In this document: piece after piece, positions 39,309 to 50,389 of the stretch | Position numbering within the stretch: the stretch's first letter is position 1 | Layout of the letters: each line of letters starts with the position of its first letter | DNA from: Rhynchopus sp. YZ270_cl-10 | Lineage: Eukaryota | NCBI GenBank assembly: GCA_964035575.1 | Contig: OZ037836.1 | Location: 1,054,001 to 1,118,000, forward strand | DNA length: 64,000 bases | Direction of reading: 5' to 3' | The notes under the pieces: model-generated | What the model saw: only the letters and a program-made list of their open reading frames with translations | Databases searched by the model: none | Told to the model about the DNA's origin: nothing | Program-made: the position numbers and the translations under genes

Positions 39309-40207
39309 ATTTTAAAACAAATCAAAAAAAAAAAAAAAAAAAAACAACAACAACAAAACGGCGAGGTGATGGGGTGGGTCAATGAAAACAGTGTTGAAAT
39401 TTGACCTAATGGGGGAAACAATACAAGCACCACTCGGATCCAGGTTTGGGGGGGTGTGAGGGCAGTGTCATTTCACTGGAGGGGAAAGGGGGGAAGAAGA
39501 AAGAAAACTTGAAAGACGAATGTGCCTCTTGTGCATACACATCTGAAGAAAGTGTGAAATAGCACGGACACTAAGTGGGGTGGGTAAGGATGGGATGGGC
39601 AGGGGAATGGGGTACAGAGAACAAAAAATATTTTTTTCTGATTTTTGATTTTAGACTGCTATCATAATAGCAGTCGCGATGTTGAGAGGGTGTAAAGCGC
39701 AAAAAATAGTAACTCTGATAGGTAAGTAAAAGGGAAAAAAAGGTTTTTTCGTTGAATAAATTTTTTTCGTTTATTGCACAATTACCCTGTTGGAGGGGTG
39801 ATTGGCGACCGTATCTGAGGAACTATTTCTCCTTTAAGCTACGCTTTAGGTATAAAAAAAATTTAAGCGGTTATAGAAGTGGATCATATGCAATCAATAA
39901 ATTGATAGTATATGGTGAGGGATCAACAAAAATGTTCCCATCTTTCTTTTTATGGTGTGTGTTGTGCAAAACATAGAAAAGAAAAGTAAAATGCTGGTAA
40001 AAGGGAAAAGGAAAAAAAAAAGAAAAAGAAAAGGTTCTAAGGCGCACCCAAGCCTCGATGATGTTTGCTTAGTCGTCACCTTCACAAGAGGTGATGGTCA
40101 TGACCTCAAATATGCCTCCTTCTTGTTTCATATACTAACTATTCTACTGAATAGAAGGTATAATAGGGTGCACTAAATGTACCTTTTTTTTTTTTTGGCA
40201 TCGCGAG

Positions 40208-41644
40208 CAGGGCTCTCGCCAATCACCCCTTTTGGCCAAAATGGGGGGTGATTTGGGGTCCCTGAGCTTTCCCCCCGTAAAAGCGGTCGCGCGCGCGCTT
40301 CGCGCGCGCGACTCCCTGCCAGTGCAGGGAGGCGAGGCGCTTTCTCCCCTCGTTTGGGGTCAGCTTGTTTTTATGCTCAAAAAAATTTTCAGCACTGCTG
40401 ACCAGGGACATTGGGAACTGTATGTCTGTGCTTTTTTTTTTTGCGGAGCAAAAAAAATAATACAAAATGGCGCCGCAGGCGAAAAAAAATTTAAGGTACG
40501 GTAGCTTTTACATCACATACTCACTCAACGAAACCTTTTTTGCGGAGCAAAAAAGGAAAAATGGCGCCGCAGGCAAAAAAAAATTGAGGTACAGACTGGA
40601 TGATGCGGTCAGCAACCCAGTTCCCCATGGTACTCCCGTGGTTCAACCCTGGGATTTTTTTTTTTTTTTTTTTGGAGGGGTGATCCGACAGGACTTTTGC
40701 TAACCATCATGCCATCATGCCACGTTTTTGGGCGTTTTTTATTTTTTTTTTTCCATCATGCCACCATCATGCCACGGGGGGTGGTGGGGCAAGGCTTTCG
40801 CTATCCATCACCTGGGGATTTCCCCCCAGATGGCATGATGGCATGATGGCATGATGGCATGATGGCATGATGGCATGATGGCATGATGGCATGATGGCAT
40901 GATGGCATGATGGCATGATGGCATGATGGCATGATGGCATGATGGCATGATGGCATGATGGCATGATGGCATGATGGCATGATGGCATGATGGCATGATG
41001 GCATGATGGCATGATGGCATGATGGCATGATGGCATGATGGCATGATGGCATGATGGCACCTTAAAATTTTTCTGCTCGCTGCGCTCGCGGAGGTATACC
41101 TCAAAAAAATTTCCGCTCGCTTCGCTCGCGCTGTACGCCATTTTCTTCCTGCCTACGGTGCCATTTTACAATGTCTAGGGGGATTCCCTTGCATTTTACA
41201 GCCAAAAATGAAACTTGACCCAAGCTGCAAAGGTTTGACCATTTTTAGTTCAAAGTGACCCAACCGTTGCAACAGCCCCTGCTTCTGGAAGACGTATTGA
41301 TTTTGTACGGTTAGTGTACGTAAGGCGCAAGACCAGCGCCGTTAATAAAGGATTAGATTCCGTTTTTTTGTTCTCTCGCAAAGCTGACCCTTCGCCTCTC
41401 CACCCTGTGGCTGGCAGGGAGGCGCGCGCGAAGCGCGCGACGACCGCTTTCACCAGGTGGGAAAGCTCGGAATGTACTTTTTTTCCAGGAAATTATTTTT
41501 TTTTGACCATCATGCCATTCAGGGGGAAAATCCCAAAGTTAGCAAAAGGCCTGAGTGATCCGAAACCCGGATCACCCCTCTTTTTTTTGAAAAAAATTTT
41601 TTTTGGGTGATTTAAAACCCGATCACCCCCCGGCGAGAGCCATG
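40208..41644. mobile_element. hAT-type non-autonomous element
   Basis: TIR CA(G/T)GGCTCTCGCC. 8-bp TSD ATCGCGAG. Confidence 0.85.
40829..41059. repeat. (GATGGCAT)n minisatellite
   Basis: 8-bp tandem array inside the 40208-41644 element. Confidence 0.95.
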
Positions 41645-42669
41645 ATCGCGAGTTTTACAGTCGATGGGAGTAACGACCGGCAGCCAAGCGTCGTCTGATC
41701 CCCCCTCTCGTGGTGAAAGACATTGTTTAATTTTATTTTTAAAATCAACAAATCGTCTAGGTAGGTTGTTGTATGTAAAGTGCCTCCCCACCGACAGGCT
41801 GTTGTGCAGCAAAGATAGAGGGGCAAAAATAGAAAAAAAAAACGACTTCAGGATATGACAGTTAAATGAAATAAAGAAAATACTTTTTCGTTTATCGCAC
41901 CGCAAAAGGTTTGTGTTTCTCACTGATGAATGTGAGTGATGTGTATGTAACTACTATGTTAGTGGAAAACCAATACGCTCAAGCGGGCACGCACCATCCG
42001 TCGTTTTCCATTTCTATTCGTCAATGCTTGATAACACAAAAAAAAAAAAAAATTGTCGATGTTTTTTTCCTCGTCGTCAAAGCTTTTTTTTTCGCGGCAC
42101 TTCGTCTTCTCACGATCTTAGCATTTCAATCTTCTTTCAGACAACTCCCTTGGGGGAAATCCGAATCAAGTCTGGGTTTGAGCGCAACAACAGATAATTT
42201 TTTTTTTCTTTTTTGGGGGTGACACGACAAAGGAGCGAAGGGGGGTTTGAAAGTTTGTTTTGTTTTTGATAAATTGTTGGAGTAGTGTAGTTGCCTCGGT
42301 TGTGTTGCCACAGTTGTGCAATCTCCACTGTACTCCACTGTGTTTTTGTCTTTGCTACTCTGTTCGTTTTGTATTGTATTTCATTGTAGTACTGTGTAAG
42401 TAAAGAGTGAAGGGGGGGGGTTGTGGGGGTTGAAGTTAAGGCTTAACTTCGACACGTTGAGGGCCCTGTCGATTGCCGAGCTTTTGAAGTTATGGTAAGA
42501 GCAAGACAGAGCAAGGGGAGATGGGTGTGTGGGGTAGTTGAGTTCTATCAAAAGAATTGGGTTAGAACGGGTTGAGAGCTGTTGAGTTGCGGGGTGTCTG
42601 AGAGATCTCTGGGGGTTGGAAGGTTGTTTTTTGGTTTTTGGTTTTGCTAATCTGGTGCTTCCCGGGGGG

Positions 42670-43094
42670 TATGCATTTCACAAATTTTCAATTCAATTCA
42701 CAACTTTTCACAACTTTTCACCACCCTTTTTTTCTTCGTTGGTGAAGCTTTTAAATGCCGGCATTTGCATTTCCGGAATCCGTCCGGCCAGTGGTGGGGT
42801 CAATTTGCCGAAATGGACAAGTTCTCGTCATTTCCGCACAGTGCACAGTACACAGGTACACAGGTACACAGGTACACCACATCACGTTCTATCTTGTGAA
42901 TCCCAGCATACCCCTCAATGGGTGGGTCACCACCCAACCCAAAAAAAACCCCCCACAAAAAAAAAAAAAATCAATTCACAACTTTTCACAATTTTTCACC
43001 ATTTTTCACCAGCCTTCACAATTTTATAGCGGTTTTCGTGTTGTGAAAACTTGTGAAAACTTGTCACATTTTGTGAAAATTTGTGAAATGCATA
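42670..43094. mobile_element. Probable MITE
   Basis: 21-bp inverted repeat TATGCATTTCACAAATTTTCA. Possible TA TSD. Confidence 0.5.
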
Positions 43095-44760
43095 ATAATG
43101 CTTTCACCGTTGGTTTACAACGGTGAAACCACAAAATAAAACTACACGACAAGTCATTTACTTCACCGTCGTGCAGACACCTCCAAGGCGTATGCAGCAT
43201 GTATGTTGATAATACTATGATGTCAAAAGCTATTTTCACCCACACAGGAAAAGAAGAAAAAAAAAACGGAAATTGAAACCGCACTCCTACTTTTTCCTTT
43301 TGTTTCCCCATCCCCCGCAAACAATGAAGCAATAAAAAACAATAAAGACAAAAGGGAGAGGTTGTGGTGAAACGCACACACCTCGACCTGTCGGTGAAAT
43401 GTGGCTCTACTCCAACCCGCCCCAGAATAGAAAAAAGGAAGGTAGGGGTACGGTGTTCAATTTCCTTTTTAGCATTGCATGGAATCAGAGAAAGGAACAA
43501 AGGGGGGAGGGTTTGTTAGTGGTACGTACCTGCTAGATGAATGTAAATATGTAGACATCCAAAGTGGATGCAGATGTAAACCCCCTCCGGATGTTATTTG
43601 CTAAATTGTGAGTAAATGATAAAAGGTTTTACATTATTAAAACCGTTTTTTACAATAGAAATTAGCCCTTTAAGGACCAGAGGGGACAGTGATGTCCACG
43701 CAACCACCTAAATTGGCTTCCACTAGGACTTTTTGAAGATTTTTTTTTTTAATGAGAAGATTTTGTGCGAAATCTTTCAAAAGACGCAAGATTCGATTTT
43801 TTTTGACGCTCTCATCCCCTCTCATCCACACCCGGCATTATCACATAATAGGGTATTTTGGGTCATTTTTTGGGAATAATGTACCATTCTGACGCGCTTG
43901 AGTCATCAGAGGATTCAAACTTTGGTGTGCAGGGAACCATTTTGTACGGTCTTCAGAACGAAACTAAAATAATGGAAAATACCCGCGACTGGGCAAAGTA
44001 ACACGCGTCGTTGCAGTTCCTGACCCTGAACTGGATGTGCCTCTTCTCCGTGTATTTATTGCATTTTGTCTTTTGAGGGACATTGTACAGAAAATCTATA
44101 TCAACACGGTCAAGGTACAGAGACACTGGCAGGAGGGTGTTGGTCGACAACTTCTTCTTGCTTGGGAAACAGGCGTCTGAAAACAGATTACATGTGCGGG
44201 GGATGCGGCGTTCACCTTTGTTCAGCACCATGCCAAGTTGGCCAAAAGTCCCAAAAGCCCCAACTTTTGTACTGTCCAACCTCTGTACAATTACGGTATA
44301 TGTAGTTGGTTGGTACCTTCTCTCCATGCAGTGAGACATTATCTACACGGTGCGGTAGTCAGCAAAATGACAACCTAAATGACAACCTCAATGACATGTC
44401 ATAATTATGACAACCCTATAGGTTGTCAGTGACAACCTAGGGGTTGTCAAATGACAACCTGAGGTTGTCAAATGACAACCTATAGGTTGTCATTTGACAA
44501 CCTTATGCATGTGAAATGCCTTGCAACAGCCATTTTTATTGGAAATGTGGGAGGTTGGGGGGTTGGGAGGTTGGTGGTTACCTGTTTGATTGTTGATTGT
44601 TGAATGTCCATGCACTGTAAAAATTTATTTAAAAAAAAAGGAGGAGATGGGGGGGGTGATTTCTGTTTTTGTTGATTTCATGATGATTTGGGTCCCTCAC
44701 CCCCTTTGTAAAAATCCCGCCCATACACATATGCAGGGGTCAAGTGACTGACGTGCCTGA

Positions 44761-45693
44761 CTAGTGCCATTGAACACTCTCTTCGGAGTCCTCCTTGTTT
44801 GCCTCTGTGTCACTGGCCTCAGCAAGAGTCTCCTCAGGATCCTCAGGAGCCTCCTCAGGAACTTCGTCCTCCCCAAACACGGACATCCATGATGCCCCGT
44901 CCATTTTCACAGAGAGTGCGTTGGGGGCCCCCACGGGTATGTCCACACGAGTAATTCCCACCTGCACCATCACGGAAGTCTCCCTCGTCGAATCAAGGGA
45001 CAGAGTGCTGGGGACATCATACGTACCGTCGACCACCCCGATGCTGGCCCCGATGGCAAGGCGCTCCCGCTTCAACGCAAAGCTCAGCTTGTGACCCTGC
45101 AGCGTCGGGTCGGTGCAAAACACGGTGCAACCGTTTTCAATAAAAATTCGGTGCACTTTTCCACCCGGTGTCATCTTTTCCCCCATCACCGTGATGATAG
45201 GCCATACGGAAGCGCGGGGGCCTCTTTTGATGACCCCCTTGGCCGCCGCTGTCCCTGTTCCCTCGTTGACAATGGACGTGTACAAGCACGCCATGTCCAT
45301 GTCCCCCAGCGACGCCCCTTCCCGAACTACAAGCGCCAGACGCTTGTACGCCTCCGTCTTCTTTGCGGCGTCCGATATCCCAGGCAACTTCCGCAGCACG
45401 AGTCCGCCAAACACAGTCTCCTTCACTGCCCCTCCGTTCCCTGAGATGCGGAGGCTGTACACACCTTTGGCAGCATCAGCCTCTGCCCTGTTCTTCGCCT
45501 GTGTGATGGCAAATTTTTTGCCAAGTTCAGCTGCCACTGAGCCATCATTGGACTTGAAGTCCACCTTGAAACATTTCGAAATCAAGGCCCTCAGTGCAGG
45601 GTGACTTAAGGGGGTTGCACCGGCGGGGTTCTTCGCTTTGTACACATAAACAGTACAAAAGTCGTTTGCAATCGTCGTCTGCTTGCTTGTCAT
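44761..45693 (-). CDS. 310-aa passenger protein with acidic tail; possible GNAT-fold acetyltransferase
   Basis: Intact ATG ORF. LYTSIVNEGTGTA resembles GNAT motif A and RIFIENGC resembles motif B. The by-eye similarity is weak. Confidence 0.7.
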   Translation of the reverse strand: MTSKQTTIANDFCTVYVYKAKNPAGATPLSHPALRALISKCFKVDFKSNDGSVAAELGKKFAITQAKNRAEADAAKGVYSLRISGNGGAVKETVFGGLVLRKLPGISDAAKKTEAYKRLALVVREGASLGDMDMACLYTSIVNEGTGTAAAKGVIKRGPRASVWPIITVMGEKMTPGGKVHRIFIENGCTVFCTDPTLQGHKLSFALKRERLAIGASIGVVDGTYDVPSTLSLDSTRETSVMVQVGITRVDIPVGAPNALSVKMDGASWMSVFGEDEVPEEAPEDPEETLAEASDTEANKEDSEESVQWH

Positions 45694-45920
45694 GATATGA
45701 TGTGGTGTGGTTTTTGGATCCTGGAAAGAGGGTGCGACTAATGGGATTGCGATGGAACAAAAACGAGTGCTATGGGGGGGGGGGAGGGGGATTCATTCCT
45801 TTGTATAGATTCGCGGTAAACAAACAAACAAACAAACAAACAAATAGTGGAGCACATTCTAGAGTGGCAACACTGAACAAACAAAAAATACAACAACAAC
45901 AACAAAATGTAAACAGGCTA

Positions 45921-46526
45921 CTACTCTCCGTGCATGTTGTACATATGATTTTCTACGGCTCTCGGTGAGGAAAACACGTCCATACAAATGGGACAATGTT
46001 TCTTGGAAATATCCTCTGAGTGATTACACAAAAGATGCTGGCTAAAACCTCGCTTGGAAACATTGCGTTCGCATATGGGGCATTCCTGCCTGCATGCACA
46101 AGTAATTGAAGGGCGGTGATTTGCGTCGTAGTGACAATAGAGCTTGTGCGCGGTATTGAAATTTGTTTGTGTTCCAAGTCTGGTACAGATGGTGCATATA
46201 TAGCCTTCGCCCGCATCCTCTGATTCTGATTCTGGTTCTGGTTCTGATTTGCTTTCCACAACAGGGGGTACCCTCCATGATGGCTCCTTACACACGCAAA
46301 TCTTCTTCACCCTACCCTCATCATCAGGGTTGGACAAGAATTTTTGCCCCCACCCTGTTCGGCGTTTTATGTGTTTTCCCAGTCCAGCACGTTGCAGTCG
46401 CTGCACCAAGTTAGTGCACGCGGTTTTCCAAGTCTCATCTACTACTGTTATGCATTTGCACAGCCACAACGTATCAAACTCCCAAAGTGCGGGAAGCGCG
46501 TCCGTTAGGGGGCCCAGTGGTGACAT
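45921..46526 (-). CDS. C2H2 zinc-finger ORF, possibly the frameshifted C-terminus of the transposase
   Basis: CTIC..HYDANH, CPIC..HLLCNH and CPIC..HMYNMH. It overlaps the transposase 3' end in the +1 frame. Confidence 0.7.
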   Translation of the reverse strand: MSPLGPLTDALPALWEFDTLWLCKCITVVDETWKTACTNLVQRLQRAGLGKHIKRRTGWGQKFLSNPDDEGRVKKICVCKEPSWRVPPVVESKSEPEPESESEDAGEGYICTICTRLGTQTNFNTAHKLYCHYDANHRPSITCACRQECPICERNVSKRGFSQHLLCNHSEDISKKHCPICMDVFSSPRAVENHMYNMHGE

Positions 46527-47790
46527 TAGTTTCAATTTCGAATGCCAAGAAATCGCGTTCCATTGTATTTGGGGAGGTGCATGCCGTCCAACGCTTCCTC
46601 TCCCCATTGGCATGCTCGAACAGTTCGTCCGACACGGTCACTCTGTGTGCGTCTTCTTCATCGAACCAATGTTCGACTGAGTGCATGTACGTGCTTTTCG
46701 TAACCCCTGGATTCGCCCATTCAAGCAAATACACGGTAAGGTGGTAACACAGTAATGCGAACAAGTAATCTTTTGCGTATGGCCTCGACTCGTTCGGGTT
46801 TGGGTTTGGTGTGTGGAAGAACCTCACTGGTATGTCACTATACCGAAAGTAGTAAAGGCCCTGCATGGCCTGGCACAATATTAGTTTGCTCCCCTCATTT
46901 TCCTGAATGAGGCTGCGTAGGATAGTTCGTGACTGCGTGCCTGTCATATTGCCGTCCTGCTTACCAAGGATCTTTGTTTCTACGTCGCGGGCACCCGGTA
47001 TGGTTTTAATGAGCAAACGCATCACCCCCTTGGTATCATGCAGCATCGGAGTTAGCGTGTAACAAGGTTGCTCGAATCGCCCGGCAATGCTGCACTCGAA
47101 TCCACAGGCGTCCATTTCTTGAAGGCTCAAGCGGGTGCAGTTGTGCAGGGCAGACAATCTGTCGTCCAGGTCGGTCGCACAGAACGCACTTCTATGTCCC
47201 CCGGGGCCGACACCTTTGAAGAGACTTGCCAACTCGGCATGATCTCCCCCGATTTTGTAGTACAGGAGGGAAAATTCGAAGCCTCCCTTCCTGAGGATGC
47301 GCTCTTGAACGTTTGAGAGCTGTGGCAGAAAGGTAAAAACCCACCAGTCGTGGAAGGTGGATTTTTTTTTGTCAGCGACCGTCAAAAAGTTTGTCGCTTC
47401 AAGCCCGTTCGTCGCAGCAACTGCAAGCCTCTTCCGTGCAAGTTGGGACCTGAAGGCACTGTACGGTGAATACCCATCCCACGTGATGATAATGGTCGGG
47501 AAGTCACCGCCCAGTCGCAGGGGGAAATACTTCAGAAGCAAAGAGAGCGATTTCTGCACATCACCTACCTGAGCCTCTGCCTTATCCTTAAACGGCTTCT
47601 CCCGCTGCTGCAACGTCTTGTACGCTAGGCCCATTGACGCCCCGGTCTCAGCTTTCACCAATTTTCCGATCTCTTCGCAGTCACGCATCGACAGTCCTAG
47701 CTGGACTCTGTTGCGACCTATGATGTTCCCCACCACCCGCACTGTTTCATGATCAATTCCCATTATTATTTTTTTTTTTTGTCCTGTCAT
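46474..47790 (-). CDS. RAG1-core/Transib-like DDE transposase (~438 aa)
   Basis: Ordered motifs RVQLGLS..VKAETG..L...EK, IIITWDG (D), GGDH (D), SAFC, PMLHDTKG, MTGTQSR, TYMHSVEH and SDELFEHAN (E) parallel the RAG1 motifs RVNTFLS..VKAITG, ESCDG, GYDE, CTLC, ALHCDIG, MNGNFAR, NYFHKTLAH and SEGNESGN. Confidence 0.8.
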   Translation of the reverse strand: MTGQKKKIIMGIDHETVRVVGNIIGRNRVQLGLSMRDCEEIGKLVKAETGASMGLAYKTLQQREKPFKDKAEAQVGDVQKSLSLLLKYFPLRLGGDFPTIIITWDGYSPYSAFRSQLARKRLAVAATNGLEATNFLTVADKKKSTFHDWWVFTFLPQLSNVQERILRKGGFEFSLLYYKIGGDHAELASLFKGVGPGGHRSAFCATDLDDRLSALHNCTRLSLQEMDACGFECSIAGRFEQPCYTLTPMLHDTKGVMRLLIKTIPGARDVETKILGKQDGNMTGTQSRTILRSLIQENEGSKLILCQAMQGLYYFRYSDIPVRFFHTPNPNPNESRPYAKDYLFALLCYHLTVYLLEWANPGVTKSTYMHSVEHWFDEEDAHRVTVSDELFEHANGERKRWTACTSPNTMERDFLAFEIETNVTTGPPNGRASRTLGV

Positions 47791-48712
47791 GGATGTCCGT
47801 GTTTGGGGAGGACGAAGTTCCTGAGGAGGCTCTTGCTGAGGCCAGTGACACAGAGGCAACCAAAGAGGACTCCGAAGAGAGTGTTCAATGGCACTAGTCA
47901 GACACGTCAGTCACTTGACTCCTGCATATGTGTATGGGCGGGATTTTTACAAAGGGGGTGAGGGACCCAAATCATCATGAAATCAACAAAAACAGAAATC
48001 ACCCCCCCATCTCCTCCTTTTTTTTTAAATAAATTTTTACAGTGCAGAGACAGCAAACAACAATCAACAATCAAACAGGTAACCACCAACCTCCCACATT
48101 TCCAATAAAAATGGCTGTTGCAAGGCATTTCACATGCATAAGGTTGTCAAATGACAACCTATAGGTTGTCATTTGACAACCTCAGGTTGTCATTTGACAA
48201 CCCCTAGGTTGTCACTGACAACCTAGGGGTTGTCTCGCACCGAGGGTTGTCCTTTGACATGTCCTTGAGGTTGTCATTTTGATGACTACCGCACCGTGTA
48301 CTAGGACTTTTTGATCGATTTTTTTTTCTTTTGAAAGATTTTGAACCGATCTTTCAAATGAAGCCATTTTCGAAAACCGAAAAAACAGGTGCGCAGCCGG
48401 AATAATTTTTTTCTTCAAAAATTTCAGAAAAAAATATCAGCTCCCCTCAATTTTCCATTTTCCATTTTTCTCATTTTATTTCGATTTCTGCTCCATTTGA
48501 AAGATCTGCTCAAAATCTTTCAATTGCGGCCAGGTACGATCAAAAATATGCATCGGATCTCATTTTACCTATGGGAGAGAAGATCCTAGCAAATCGAAAA
48601 AACCGGTCGTGGTCCATAAAGGGTTAGTGAATAATAAGTGGGAGAGTAAATAATACCCGTGAAGTAAATCATAAGTGGAGGCAAATAATATCCATGGGGG
48701 TTTAATACAGTA

Positions 48713-48932
48713 CCGACCCTCCCCCGTGAAATTGTCCCCTGGGGGGAAAAGTGAGGGGGGGGCAACATCTCGTACGGCAAAAGGGGGGGGAAATTTCTCG
48801 TACTGTAGGGGGTGGCCGTTTTGGTGTGAAGAAGGGAGAGCAAAGGTTGTCCCCGCGACTCCCTTGAAATTGTCCGTGGCGGCAAAATACCGGTTTTTTT
48901 GGGGGGGGGACAATTTCACGGGGGAGGGTCGG
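48713..48932. mobile_element. Tc1/mariner/pogo-type MITE
   Basis: TIR CCGACCCTCCCCCGTGAAATTGTCCCC flanked by TA on both sides. Confidence 0.8.
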
Positions 48933-49326
48933 TACATTTTTTTTTTTTGTTGGGGAACCTATAGGGTCTGTACTCGATGTTGGCCGAAGCCTTTGTACTA
49001 CGGAAGGAATAGAGCTTTTTTTTTTTTTTTTGTAGTTTCGACAATCACCTGTCCGAGGACGGGTTCTGTGCACAAAGTCGCCCGAAGGCTAATGAATTTC
49101 AAAATTTCAAACAAAAAAACAAAAATCCCTCTTTTTTTAGAAAAATTGTTGGAATAGTGTAGTTGCCACATGTGCAAGCTAAGAGAGCCGAAATAAAAAA
49201 ATAAAAGGATACGGGTGAATTTTTTTTGCCCCCCCACGTTTCAAACCGCGAAACATTTTTTTTTGGCAAAGACAATTTTCAGCTGAAAACAGTGTTTCCC
49301 ACGGTGAGATTTTGGGGTGAGAAATC

Positions 49327-50059
49327 CAGGGCGTTCGCCCCGGGGCGAAAAATATTTTTTTTCGTTAAAAAAATCTTTTCCTGAAAAAATGACATTTTAT
49401 TTCGCCCCAGGGCTTCGCCCCACCGGGGCGAAACCCTGTATAAATAAATAAATAAATAAAAAAAAAAAGGGGGGAAAAAAAAAATGAGAGAGAGATTTCT
49501 CCCCCCCAACCTGTCGACCCCCCCGGAGGGGGGGTCGCAGAGGGGGTGTCCACTGTACTCAAAATCATCCGCAAACCCGCCTGCCGTGAAAGTAAGTTTC
49601 CCCAGCACTCCCGCTCGCTCCTCAATCCTGCAGTCTGCTGAAGGTGTCCCGTACCCCCTGTTATAGAAGGTGTCACTACTCGTGTCAACTCTACCTTCAA
49701 CGGCAGAGAGACGTTTTAGTTGATTGAAAATAATCAAACTAAGGATGAAGTCTCATATGACAGATGCCTCTCTCTTGTACATCTGTTTGATTAAACAGCA
49801 CAAAGAGACCCTCAGTGAGGGGGGGATTGATGAAATTCTCCATCGTTTTGCTGGTTTTAGTGCTGGGGAAGGGATCACGCGCAAATCGCAATTTTTTTTC
49901 GACCACTCAGTACCGGGGATTCACCCCCACGAACTAGCTTCTCTCCGGCGGGAAAATTTTTTTTGACCTATTTTAAGCACTAGTAAAAAAGCAAAAATTT
50001 CGGGTTTTTTGGCATTTCGCCACGATCAGGAAAAAACGATGGCGATAGCGAACGCCCTG
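49327..50059. mobile_element. hAT-type MITE nested in the left subterminal region of the hAT element
   Basis: TIR CAGGGCGTTCGC. 8-bp TSD GAGAAATC. Empty site in the derivative at ~29122-29132. Confidence 0.9.
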
Positions 50060-50389
50060 GAGAAATCTCACAAAAAAAAAAAAAAAAAAAAAGTGAGGTG
50101 AGAAATCTCACCTGCAGGAAAAAAAAAAAAAAAAAAAAAAGAGGGGGAAAAAAAAAAAAAAAAAAAAAAAGTTCCCGGGGTAGGGTGGGGTAGGGGGCGT
50201 AGCCCCCTACCCCACCCTACCCCACCCTACCCCACCCTACCCCACCCTACCCCACCCTACCCCCCTCACTTTTCTTTCTTTGTTGGGGTGATCTCAGCAG
50301 TTTCCCCCCTAAAAAAAGACTCCCAAATCCCAGAAACACCAGTCTCATCGTAAACCCTTGCACTTTTGTTACCTTCTAAAACCCCGCAA

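Larger units (their letters stand above)
44346..48298 (-). mobile_element. RAG1/Transib-related transposon with CACGGTG ends and ~0.5-kb TIRs
   Basis: Ends CACGGTGCGGTAGTCA...TGACTACCGCACCGTG, both flanked by TA. Inverted arms at 44346-44892 and ~47788-48298. Three internal ORFs on the minus strand. Confidence 0.85.

Noticed and set aside
43665..44340. piggyBac end (TTAG-CCCTTT) with a decayed Cys-containing ORF
   Set aside because: The TTAA is imperfect, no matching second end was found, and the protein motifs are unconvincing.
44346..44400. Canonical 12/23 RSS nonamer (ACAAAAACC) at the element ends
   Set aside because: No such nonamer at 12 or 23 bp, and both ends are symmetric. Only the heptamer-like word is supported.
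44761..45693. RAG2-like identity for the passenger ORF
   Set aside because: No kelch-type GG repeats or PHD finger are visible, and it is co-oriented rather than convergent. The acidic tail alone is insufficient.
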